A stretch of DNA of 64,000 nucleotides from positions 20,212,001-20,276,000 of the forward strand of contig NC_086377.1 in the NCBI RefSeq assembly GCF_036588685.1. The letters are read 5' to 3'. The stretch's first letter is position 1. Every line of letters begins with the position of its first letter. The stretch is from Mytilus trossulus. Lineage: Eukaryota. Made by a program: the position numbers and the translations under genes. Shown one piece after another: positions 53,506-64,000 of this stretch. The notes under the pieces are model-generated. The model saw only the letters and a list, made by a program, of their open reading frames with translations, did no database searches and was not told the origin of the DNA.

Positions 53506-54363
53506 GTATACCTATACGCCAGCAATGCTATTGTCCTGCTGTCTTTGTTCCTACTGGTCAGCAGTACACATCCGTTATTTAGAAGGAAATTAACAAAGGA
53601 TGAATGGTTTGATTACTTTACAACAGAGGAAGAGGAAATGTACGACGATTACTGGAACGAAACATTGAACGACACAGGAATAAAACTGCCAAGTCATGTC
53701 TACGTTGAGATTGGTGCTCTGTGGTATCTCAAAATGATAACTTTGGCTTACTTTACGACTGAACTTATCTGTAAACTTATAGTGTTCCCTTTGCCATGGA
53801 GGGAGTTTATTACGATTTTAAACTTCATAGACGTTTTAGCCCTGGTTGTAATGTATACCACGCTCATTGTTAATCAAGTGAATCCTAAAGAACAATATAA
53901 GGATTCTGTACACGATGCCGTGCATTCACTGCAGATATTCAGAGTCTTTCGATTGTTTAGGTTGGTACGGCACATTACTGGTTTTCGAATATTGATGTAC
54001 GCGCTACGGGCTAGTATTGGAGATCTATTAGTTATGTTGCTAGGTTTGTGTACAGCTGTTTTACTGTTTTCGTCTCTCGCCTACCACTCGCAAGATTCTG
54101 CCTTTTCAAATATCCCTGATGCAGCTTGGTGGGCTATCATCACTCTAACGACAGTTGGTTATGGAGATATCTACCCGACAACTATCCAAGGCAGGCTGAT
54201 TGCTTCAATGTGTGCACTAGTTGGGGTGTGTCTTTTTGCTCTTCTGATACCAGTACTTGTTAATAATTATCACTTATTTTCCTCTCATTATGCTGGAATT
54301 GAAAGACGACAGAATTTAAAGATACAACTGTTGACTAGAAAAACAGCAGTGTCACCAAAATGA
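53506..54363 (+). CDS. Kv3/Shaw-like K+ channel paralog 2, coding exon 2 (S1-S6 and pore); full protein about 444 aa
   Basis: Acceptor tttag at 53501-53505, in frame with the ORF 53545-54363. S4 FRVFRLFRLVRH, pore AAWWAIITLTTVGYGDIYP, S6 ..LLIPVLVNNY. Confidence 0.92.
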   Translation, partial: VYLYASNAIVLLSLFLLVSSTHPLFRRKLTKDEWFDYFTTEEEEMYDDYWNETLNDTGIKLPSHVYVEIGALWYLKMITLAYFTTELICKLIVFPLPWREFITILNFIDVLALVVMYTTLIVNQVNPKEQYKDSVHDAVHSLQIFRVFRLFRLVRHITGFRILMYALRASIGDLLVMLLGLCTAVLLFSSLAYHSQDSAFSNIPDAAWWAIITLTTVGYGDIYPTTIQGRLIASMCALVGVCLFALLIPVLVNNYHLFSSHYAGIERRQNLKIQLLTRKTAVSPK

Positions 54364-54884
54364 AGTGAAAAAAAGAAAGAAAGTTGTGTGATTATATTTG
54401 GTGTCTTAATTTTCGTGGATTGAGGAACCCCTGCATTCAATCTCCGTACAGCGCTCGTTTCCTTTACTTAGTACACTACACTACAATGATATTTAAGGTA
54501 GTGATACGAAGTAAGTCCGGAACGGATGTGAGCTCTGCGTCGGATATTGCCCTGCATTATTGTGAAGGCTAGATGTCGTCTTTATGATCAAGTCTGCAAA
54601 CAAACATTTAGTACTTAATTGAATACTCAAATTTGAATTTAGGTTTTATTCCTCAATCCATTAAAAAACAGTAACAAATGAATAACAACGAAACCACAGT
54701 AGTTGGAAGTTAATATGTAGATGTATTGATAGGTGTTGTATTGAAAATTGTTTTATTCTTCTACATTAAATATGGAATATATAATATGAAGATTACTGTC
54801 ACATGTCATTTGAATCTATAACTGGTGATTTCAGACATGTTACGTTAACAGCTCATTTCACCTGTATGTTGGTACTAAGCTATA

Positions 54885-55565
54885 CAAAAATGTGGTATAA
54901 GTGCCAATTAGACAACACTGCATCCGAGTCACAATTTATAAAAAGATGTGGTATAAGTGCCAATTAGACAACACTGCATCCGAGTCACAATTTATAAAAG
55001 ATATAGTATCAGTGCTAATTAGACAACACTGTATAACAAGATTTGGTATAAGTGCCAATTAGACAACACTGCATCCGAGTCACAATTTATAAAAAGATGT
55101 GGTATAAGTGCCAATTAGACAACACTGCATCCGAGTCACAATTTATAAAAAGGTGTGGTATAAGTGCCAATTAGACAACACTGCATCCGAGTCACAATTT
55201 ATAAAAGATATAGTATCAGTGCTAATTAGACAACACTGTATAACAAGATTTGGTATAAGTGCCAATTAGACAACACTGCATCCGAGTCACAATTTATAAA
55301 AAGATGTGGTATAAGTGCCAATTAGACAACACTGCATCCGAGTCACAATTTATAAAAAGGTGTGGTATAAGTGCCAATTAGACAACACTGCATCCGAGTC
55401 ACAATTTATAAAAGATATAGTATCAGTGCTAATTAGACAACACTGTATAACGAGATTTGGTATAAGTGCCAATTAGACAACACTGCATCCGAGTCACAAT
55501 TTATAAAAAGATGTGGTATAAGTACCAATTAGATTAAACTGCATCCGAGTCACAATTAATAAAAA
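54885..55565 (+). repeat. Higher-order minisatellite (55-56 bp and 40 bp monomers; 207-bp higher-order period)
   Basis: Monomer GATGTGGTATAAGTGCCAATTAGACAACACTGCATCCGAGTCACAATTTATAAAAA. A short variant starting ATATAGTATCAGTGCT recurs at 55001, 55208 and 55415. Confidence 0.93.
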
Positions 55566-56329
55566 AAAGGCATTGTAGGTCAAAGCCAATCAAAATCAGA
55601 CAATTCTCCATCAGAAACTTAAATACTTAGAAGTAAACAACTACAGATCAGTGTGCTGCCTTCAACAATACGCGAAGTCCATACTGCATGGTCAGCAATA
55701 AAAGGCTCCGATAAAAAAAATGTTTAACATTTCGAAACAAGCAATAATGATCTGATTTATGTAGATAAAAACAACGCAGGAAGTACAAATGTGATACATA
55801 GCTACAGACCAGACGTGGCAAGGTATATTTGCATCCGTACAACACAACATAAATATACTATATATCAAAGGTATCAAGGTACTGACAAGATCCACATGTA
55901 TTTGCACCTACTTTAATCTTCTGTTTGTAAATTGTTTCTAATCTAAGAGTTTCATAATATCATCATGTACAAGCTAAATTAAAGTATAAACACTAATAAA
56001 AGATACCAAAATAAAAATCGAAATCGTGCTCCCACATTAAATTAAACACTTATAGAAACACATGCAAGCAATTCATATATACCAACTTAATAAATACTTT
56101 CCGTTAGTTTTAATCGATACACATTTGTCATATGGGGTTCTTTTACAGCAGTCTATAAGATATGGATTTTGATCATTGTTGAATGCAATACTTTGACCGA
56201 TCCCACCACACCATGCCAGATATAACCATTAATATCAATGGCATAATTTCACTTCTAGAAAAAAAAACATATACCCCCATAAAGCTAATGGGTCTGGTTA
56301 TATCCCTGCTATTTTCCTTAATAAACTCT

Positions 56330-58860
56330 CTGAAGAAATATCCTCTTCCTTGAAATTTTTTCTCAAAAATCCATAAATGATGGAAAAATCCCAGAAGAAT
56401 GGAAACAGGCAAATGTTATCCCAATTTTTAAAATGGGAGATAAGCATAACGAAATAAATTACAGGCCGGTTTATCCAACAGATATTTGCTGTAAGTGTAA
56501 AAAACACGGCATAACAAGCAATATTAGAAAACATTTAGATTCATATAATATTTTAAATGATTGCCAACATGGCTTTAGGAGAAAACGTTCCTGTGAGGCA
56601 CAAATTGTTATCAACATACCGGACCTATCCAAATATTTGGCAGATGGTTATCAGATCGATTATATTTTTCTAAAGTTTTCGATAAGGTTCCCCAACAAAA
56701 CTTAATTACTATGGTATACGTAAAAAATAATTTTCTTTGAATAAAAGGTTTTTAGTCAAACTGGCAACAGGAAGTTCTACTTAACGGTGTGCAATCTTCC
56801 AAATAAATGTCGAAATACGCATCTGGTGCAAGAAAATTGGTAACGTTAATTTTATTACTACCATTGGGTCGATGCCTCTGCTGGTGGACTATTAGTCCCC
56901 GAGGGTATAACTACCTCAGTAGCCAGTACTTCGGTACTGGCATGCAAATACGTATTTTTTGCGTTATTAAAATTAGCTGTTACAAAATGATAGAAATTAT
57001 TATAAATTAAGGAATGTATCTCCCTCATGCAAAGCTCTGATTCCTTTCACGGATTTGGCTATACTTTTTAGACCTTTTGGATTAAAGCTCTTCATCTTTT
57101 ATATAAACTTTGGATTTCAAATAGTTTGGCCACGAGCATCACTAAAGAGACATGTATTGTCGAAATGCGCATCTGGTACAAGAAAATTGGTATCGTTAAT
57201 TTTATTCCAAATTAGATGTTGACTCATGGCGCAGTATTAGGACAAACTTTATTTTTGTTATTCATAAACGACCTACATGTACAAGTATCGGAGCATGTCT
57301 CCTGTAATGATCGTCTTTTTGCTTGCTGACGTCTGTATTACATTATAAAACATCTAAAAATATTAATGAGTCTGGCGCACTCCAAAAAGATCTATCAACC
57401 TCACAAAATAGGAATCTGCAGATCAAATTAAATTTAATCCTGAAAAATAGGATGTCATAACTATTTCTAAAAAATCAAAACCTAACTTATTGCAATATAA
57501 ATAACATAATCATGTACTTGAATCTGTCAAAGACAGCAAGTACAAATGTATCTGAGATTTACAATAAGCAATGATCTTGACTGGGGGCATTTGTATAATA
57601 TAACTTCTAAGGCTAATAAAACACTAGGCTTTCTACACAGAAACATGAACAACTTAACACGTAAGGTTAAAAACCATACGTACACATCACTTGTTCGTCA
57701 TATCGTCGAGTACTCCTCCATTCCATTTTATATTTTCCTGCTAAGAATGTGATATTTTACTTATCATTGTTAACTACATAAGTGAAATGTATAATGAGAG
57801 AAACAATTATAATAGATATAGGAAGATGTGGTTTGAGTGCCAACGAGACAACTCTCCATCCAAATAACAATTTAAAAAGTAAACCATTATAGGTTAAAGT
57901 ACGGCCTTCAACACGGAGCCTTGGCTCACACCGAACAACAAGCTATAAATGGCCCCAAAATTACTAGTTTAAAACTATTCAAACGGGAAAACCAACGGTC
58001 TAATCTATATAAACAAAACGAGAAACGAGAAACACGTATATATTACATAAACAAACGACAACTACTGTACATCAGATTCCTGACTTAGGACAGGTGCAAA
58101 CATTTGCAGCGGGATTAAACGTTTTAATGGATCCAAACCTTCTCCCTTTTTCTTAAACAATAGCATAACATCACAACATAGAAAACATACGATAAAATAA
58201 TGTCAATATATGAACTGTGTAGTTGATGGCTCAACATATTTTTTGTAACATAAGCATAATATTTTAATTGATAATTTTAGAGAGGAGACATGCTGCCAAA
58301 AATAGTATTATAATCAATACTAATAATCTATGTTTTTGTTTTTCTTTCAATGCTACATGTTTGTAGTGTTTAATGACTATCGTTTTGTAATTAATATGCC
58401 TGTCTGCTTGTTTGTTTTTGTTGTGTATTTTAGTAACAATCCTATTGTTTGGATTTTATACTAATAAAACTCTTATTCTTATTCTTATTCTTATACACAA
58501 AACCAATTAACCAAATTGAGCAGAAACAATGAAAGGCAGCAAAATATGGTTTAATGACTATAATGGTAGATCACCAGGAGCTGTCACTGGTACATGTACT
58601 AGTATGTTTAAAAAACTTAAATGGGAAAACTTACAATCCTGCTGAATTAAAGCTTAACTTATTTTTATTTATAAGATTAATGTGGGGGGGGGGGGGGGGG
58701 GGGTCGTTAATATAAGTCACTTATAACGTCCTGGCTCAAGCTGACAGGCGTACTAGAGGACAACATAATTTAAACAAAATATATACAAATAAAGACTTTT
58801 TTAGGTCATCTTTTTTTCCCAAGCACTATTGCTGTCTGGAAGCAATCTGCATGTCACCCT
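56330..58860 (+). mobile_element. Highly decayed non-LTR retrotransposon RT fragment interrupted by younger repeats
   Basis: Peptides GDKHNEINYRPV, QHGFRRKRSCE, ISNDLDW..SKANKTLGFLHRN..YTSLVRHIVEYSS, with many stops. Confidence 0.7.
56809..57205 (+). mobile_element. Retrozyme-like repeat, 350-nt unit bounded by direct hammerhead-motif repeats
   Basis: GTCGAAAT[A/G]CGCATCTGGT[G/A]CAAGAAAATTGGT at 56809 and 57159 (period 350). The second copy is preceded by CTAAAGA-GAC-atgtatt (mutated CTGANGA core). Confidence 0.72.
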
Positions 58861-59657
58861 CCCTTAAATCTTTCAAATGTGGTATATCCGCCTTTACATT
58901 TGAAGGATCCTGTCTGGCTAATTAGTTATTGTATTTAAGCCACTGTACATAATGTGAATATGTTTAGCATTACGCTCCAACTAATGTTATTTTAAATTGT
59001 AATTTAACTGTGGCAAATGTATCATTTTTTTGACATAACACAATTTTCGACCTTCATTTGCATGTACAAGGCGCCACAGCTCTGGAATATTCCACACTCC
59101 GGCACCGGAGTCTTTCCAGCATCAGAAAGAAGAAAGAAGATTTGTTAACTTCTTTGTTATTTGGTTTCTAGTGGGAGTTGTCTCATTTTGCAATCGTACA
59201 ATATCTTGTAAATTTTATATTGAACGTATCTTTTTATTGTATGAATATGAAATGCGTTTGGGCTTCGTGTGACCCAAAAGCCACTTTTTTTCGTTCAAAT
59301 AATTAAGACAGGTTAATGTTTTTCCCTCGCGTCACGGTGCGGAGCTATAACTATACAATGTAAGTTTCAGAAGACATACACGCCATCTAGAAATAATAAC
59401 TAACCACTGATTGGTTACTTTATGATGAGGCTGAGAATTAGCAAGAACCATTGGTTAAAACATGTAAAATGAGATAAAGAATTACAGATTTTTTTCTCGT
59501 TCAGGATAAGTCATTAAAAGACGGCAAATTAAATATATGTATATCAGTTCTGATCAACTGGCATTAATTCATGTTCGTTTTATTATGTATATATTGCACT
59601 CTGAAATTCAATATTGAAAGAATTATCAATACACGTTTACTTGCTTTGTCAATCTGC

Positions 59658-60077
59658 AATAACAATAACGGTACCAATTTTCCTGCACCAGATGCGCATT
59701 TCGACAATACATGTCTCTTCAGTGATGCTAGTGGCCAAAATATTTGAAATCCAAAGCTTATATAAAAGATGAGGAGCTACATGTATAATCCAAAAGGTCC
59801 AAAAGGTCCAAAAAGTATAGCAAAATCCGTGAAAGGAATCAGAGATTTGCTTGAGGGAGATACATTCCTTAATTTATAATAATTTCTGTGATTTTGCAAC
59901 AGCAAATTTAAAAAACAAAAACAATCCGTATATTCATGCCAGTACCGAAATACTGGCTACTGGGCTGGTGATAGGCTAGGGGACAAACAGTCCACCAGCA
60001 GAGGCACCGACCCATTGGTAATAATAACAATAACGGTACCAATTTTCCTGCACCAGATGCGCATTTCGACAATACAT
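59658..60077 (-). mobile_element. Retrozyme-like repeat, 365-nt unit with two hammerhead motifs (the second is split by a transposon; remainder at 61739-61760)
   Basis: Minus strand reads CTGAAGA-GAC-atgtatt-GTC-GAAA-TGC-gcatctg-GTG-CA at about 59725-59685, repeated 365 nt away. Reverse complement of the 56809-57205 family. Confidence 0.75.
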
Positions 60078-61738
60078 CACTGTGCTTAAACGGCTGTAGT
60101 TACCCACAGCCCAATATGGATCCGCCTGGCTTCGGTTAGAAAGTTTGCTCCTATATAATTACAATACCATGAATACAAAAGAAATGTTCAGTAATAAAAA
60201 AGTTAGATAAATCCTTTAGGGAAACTATGCAGTGTAAAACGAGGTTTGTTACTACAAAATAAACGATTACAGCACGATTTGCCAAAACACTTATGATGTC
60301 CGTAACTTCAAAACAACTTGTCCGTAACTGTTTTCCTTATACCAATAGGGATGTCCGTAACTTTAGCATGATGTCAGTAACTTTCAAAGAATCTTAATTT
60401 ATTCATGGATGTAATTATTTTAAAAAAGAAATGATAAATAACAAAAATACTGAGCAATATTCAAACGGGAAGTCCTTTATGGAATGGCAAAGCCAAAAGC
60501 TCAATTTAACACACCAAACGAATGGGAAACAACAGTCACATTCCTGCCTTGGTACAGGCATTAAAAAGTAAAATTACAAAAATACTGAACTCTGAAGAAA
60601 ATTCAAAAAGGAAAGTCCCTTATCAAATGAAAAAATCCCAAGCTCAACCGAATGGATAATAACTGCCATTTTTCTGACTTGGTACAGGCATTTTCTTATG
60701 TGGAAAATTGTACGGCAAAATTAATGTATCTTACATTCTACTGGCTTTATAGATTGTTTACTGCTTAATTTTTAGATGATAAATCATGACATGCAGGTTA
60801 TAAATCTCACAATTTCCATTTGTAGAAATTACATTAATAGTGAATATGTGAAAATCACCTTAGGAGAACAAGTTAGGAGGTCAATCCTTACCAAATACAT
60901 AGATGAATCAGTAGAAACCTCTATAGAACATATGTATGATTTGATACCGTGCCGATCTTATTGAATCCCTCGGTCAATGAAACTTTTAAAAGATTTTTAA
61001 TCTACCTTTATTGCTATAATAAACTGACACCTGTTCAACAATATAGCCTTCCATCTTCTCCTAGATATTTGCATCTTTTTCACACAATCAACAACACATC
61101 ACACTAGATATAGTGAAAAGACCTTACTTTTTTGGCCAACACTTCAAGAATTATTTAAAGGAAAGGAATTTTTTTCCGTGGCTACACAGGCCAAGAACTT
61201 ATCAGTGAAAAATCTATAAAGCTAGAAGAATGTTAGATAACTTCGCCGTACCGTCAGATCTCGTTTTATCCCGGGAATAATTTTTAAAAATTTAACGGAA
61301 AATCCGTGACACTCTAGTTTGCTTTTTCTCTTGTTTAGTTTGAAGCATATCGTTATTGTATAAATCTATGTAATACTGACTTAAGGGGTTTGATAGTGTT
61401 TATTGTCCTTTAAGTGTTGAAATTGTTAATCTTCCAATTTTGAAAAAAAAGTTACCCACATCCGAAAATAAAGTTACGGACAGTCTGATTATTTTTTACT
61501 TATAAGTTACGGACATCTTTTTTTAAAAGTCGGCCTTGCGCTAAAGTGAAGTCAAAATTAACAAATTTGTAGTGAAGGTAAGTGATTTCTTTTTTCAGAC
61601 ATCCTATCAATATTTACATGGATCATGAAAAACGTTGCAAAAAGTAGATTTCGTATCAACTATCATCTCAAAGATTTAAGTGTCCGCCATCTTGGGCTGT
61701 GGGTAACTTAAGTTACCCACGGCCGTTTAAGCACAGTG
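60078..61738. mobile_element. Non-autonomous TIR transposon with CACTGTG..CACAGTG ends and 6-bp TSD
   Basis: TIR CACTGTGCTTAAACGG, extended by AGTTACCCACAGCCCAA. TSD ATACAT at 60072-60077 and 61739-61744. Subterminal GTCCGTAACT/AGTTACGGAC repeats. The host repeat resumes exactly after the element. Confidence 0.88.
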
Positions 61739-63240
61739 ATACATGTCTCTTCAGTGATGCACGATTTGTTCTGCTAAACAATGTTCCTATACAACGTTTA
61801 GAAAAAAAACATTAATTTAACTGTATTCTAAAACTTCGCCTAATCTAGACACACCTTATGAGAGGCACACCCGTAACGCACACTCTTAAATTAAATCCAT
61901 TTTATATCAATCACCTATCTAAAAAATACCACATGCACACATATTACATTATATTAGGATAGAGCGAAGCAGTCCACAGCTTTAAGGAAATCTAAAATAT
62001 GTAATTGAGTATTATACTTCAATAAGTGCTGTTGATATTTTTATAAATTGTACAACAATTCTACATGAAGTAAGAGGAATTCCATACATAATTATAAAAG
62101 AACAAGAAAATAAATATACTACATCGGCACACTAAGTATCATACTTAAAAGAATAAACACATGCACACATAGTCGTTTGTTTGTAATGAGTGGGTACTAG
62201 GACATCCGACATGTAAACTTAGAACATGTTAAATAGTATTTAAATTGGTTTAGTTAAACGTTTTTTTTTATTGTAAGCTGAGGCCCACCTCCGGGTGCGA
62301 GATTTTCCAGCTGCATTTAAGACCCATTGGTGACCTACGACCGTTCTCTGCTCCTTGTTGGAAATGTTGTCCCTTTGACATACTATAGTATTTCTCATTC
62401 CCATTGTCAATATCATGCTATTTATTAACGCTTTATGCTATATACAAAGAAATGTTTGAAACATTTTTGTTTGCTTGCAATCATTGAATTCAATTTGATG
62501 GCTATATTATACCACAACTCATGCACACACAGAGATACAGAACACACGAACATTCAAAGTATCCGTGTAACACTTTGTCAGTTAAATGCACAGTAAAGGG
62601 GGCTCGCGGGTCTAAATCAATTTTTTTTTATTTACTATAAGATTTCTCTATATTTTTCTATAATTGAACTTTATCTTATACTTTATAGCAAAATGAAATA
62701 AAAAAGATTAGGCCACCGTTCATTCATACGCTCACAATCAGCTTTTCGAAAGAAGCATACATTTTTGTTAATGGTCTTTTTTTTTGTTGACGTTGTGATT
62801 ATGTATTTTATATGAATTTGTAATACGAAAGTTTCTGTAAACTAAAGGCAATTAGTGATAATCCCTCTGATTAATAATTTACATTTTAAAACAGCGCTTC
62901 ATCGGTTCTATAATTATATATAATAATACATCACATTAACATACTAAACAAATCAATTTCCTGATGGTTTTTTTAACTTTTTTAAAGTATGTTGGTATGA
63001 AATGGAATGACATCTGAAACGTTGCTGTTAAAAAATAAATTCGGGATTATTAGACGATAACCATCACATTTGAAAATTCAATTATCAAAGCTCACCAGTA
63101 ATTATAGGTCGTACATGCAAATACATTATATATCAATAAAAGCGAGTCGATTTGTACGTGATAAAAACATATGTTACATAAAATTTATTGAACTTGGAAT
63201 ATAGCATTTGTGGTATTCAGACATCCAACAAATATACACC

Positions 63241-63720
63241 ATGGCAAATGTTATTTACACGATAAATAACAAGGGTGACAAATTTGAAATTTCGACAATA
63301 ATTTTGGATAAAATTACGTGTAATGGGTCAAGTGCTGGTAAACAGATAATATCTGATCTAACTGAGGACAAAACAGCAATTGAATTTAATTTCCATCGAC
63401 ACCAAACTTGTACATCCAGTATATTGGACTTCGTAAGAGGAGATTTATTACATATCCCAGCAGACGTCTGTCCAAAGAAATTCCGACAGGAAATGGAATT
63501 TTGGGGAATACCTGAAAATGAAATAGCAACTTGTTGTTTCACAAAATATCAAAGTTTTTTGGATGATGAGAAAACATTAAGAGTTTTACAACGAGATGAA
63601 AATACGCGACATGAGAGAAAGGAAAGAGTACATGTACTTAGCAAATACAAGGGATGGAAGGCAATACAGGCAAAAATGTGGCAAGTTATGGAATATCCAA
63701 GCACTTCAATCATGGCAAAG
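63241..63720 (+). CDS. Kv3/Shaw-like K+ channel paralog 3, coding exon 1 (T1 domain); remainder beyond the window
   Basis: 160 codons with HIPADVC..EMEFWG..TCC, ending EYPSTSIMAK|GTGAGT at the same intron position as the other two paralogs. Confidence 0.88.
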
Positions 63721-64000
63721 GTGAGTAACATACATATATTATATTTTTCATGTCGGGCCATTTTATTCGACTTGACCGCAAGGTTTTTTTTACTGTTGTG
63801 GGCTGTATAGTTGCCTATCATTGCTTGTATAAACTTTATAAGAACTTTGGTGGACAAATTATCTCGTTTTCATACCACATATCCTTATCTTTATATAACA
63901 TAAAGACTTCAACTTTTATTTTTTTATGATAAAGTTGTGTTCGAAAATATTTGGTGAATTGCTATTTAATTTGTTTTTAAATAATTTCTTTTGAAATTGA

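Noticed and set aside
54885-55565. CRISPR-like regular array
   Set aside because: No unique spacers: all inter-repeat sequence is itself repeated. Eukaryotic context and no cas genes.
60078-61738. RAG-like transposon with true recombination signal sequences
   Set aside because: No nonamer at 12/23 spacing, the TSD is not 5 bp, and there is no RAG or Transib coding remnant.

Overview
AT-rich eukaryotic genomic DNA with GT-AG introns, probably from a bivalve such as a Mytilus-type mussel (inferred from the repeat families and the RING-less B-box gene). Gene order: exon 1 of a Kv3/Shaw-like K+ channel on the minus strand (4.1-4.5 kb); Shiftless/SHFL (C19orf66/RyDEN) homolog A (14.1-21.5 kb); a frameshifted RING-less TRIM gene (B-box, coiled coil, NHL-like propeller; 25.0-26.7 kb); Shiftless homolog B (40.4-43.9 kb); a complete two-exon Kv3-like channel (48.0-54.4 kb); and exon 1 of a third Kv paralog (63.2-63.7 kb). 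The two Shiftless genes are almost invisible in the ORF track and were rebuilt exon by exon with consistent splice phases. The complete channel has an intact TVGYGD filter but a strongly remodelled voltage sensor and S6 gate. The rest is mobile DNA: two near-full-length decayed LINEs, a rearranged Penelope-like RT fragment, hammerhead-ribozyme retrozyme-like repeats (about 350 nt units), several non-autonomous TIR elements (one with CACTGTG ends and a 6-bp TSD inserted in a ribozyme), Crypton-like hairpin elements, and a higher-order minisatellite. No CRISPR array, rRNA or tRNA gene was found. All homology calls come from remembered motifs, not database searches.
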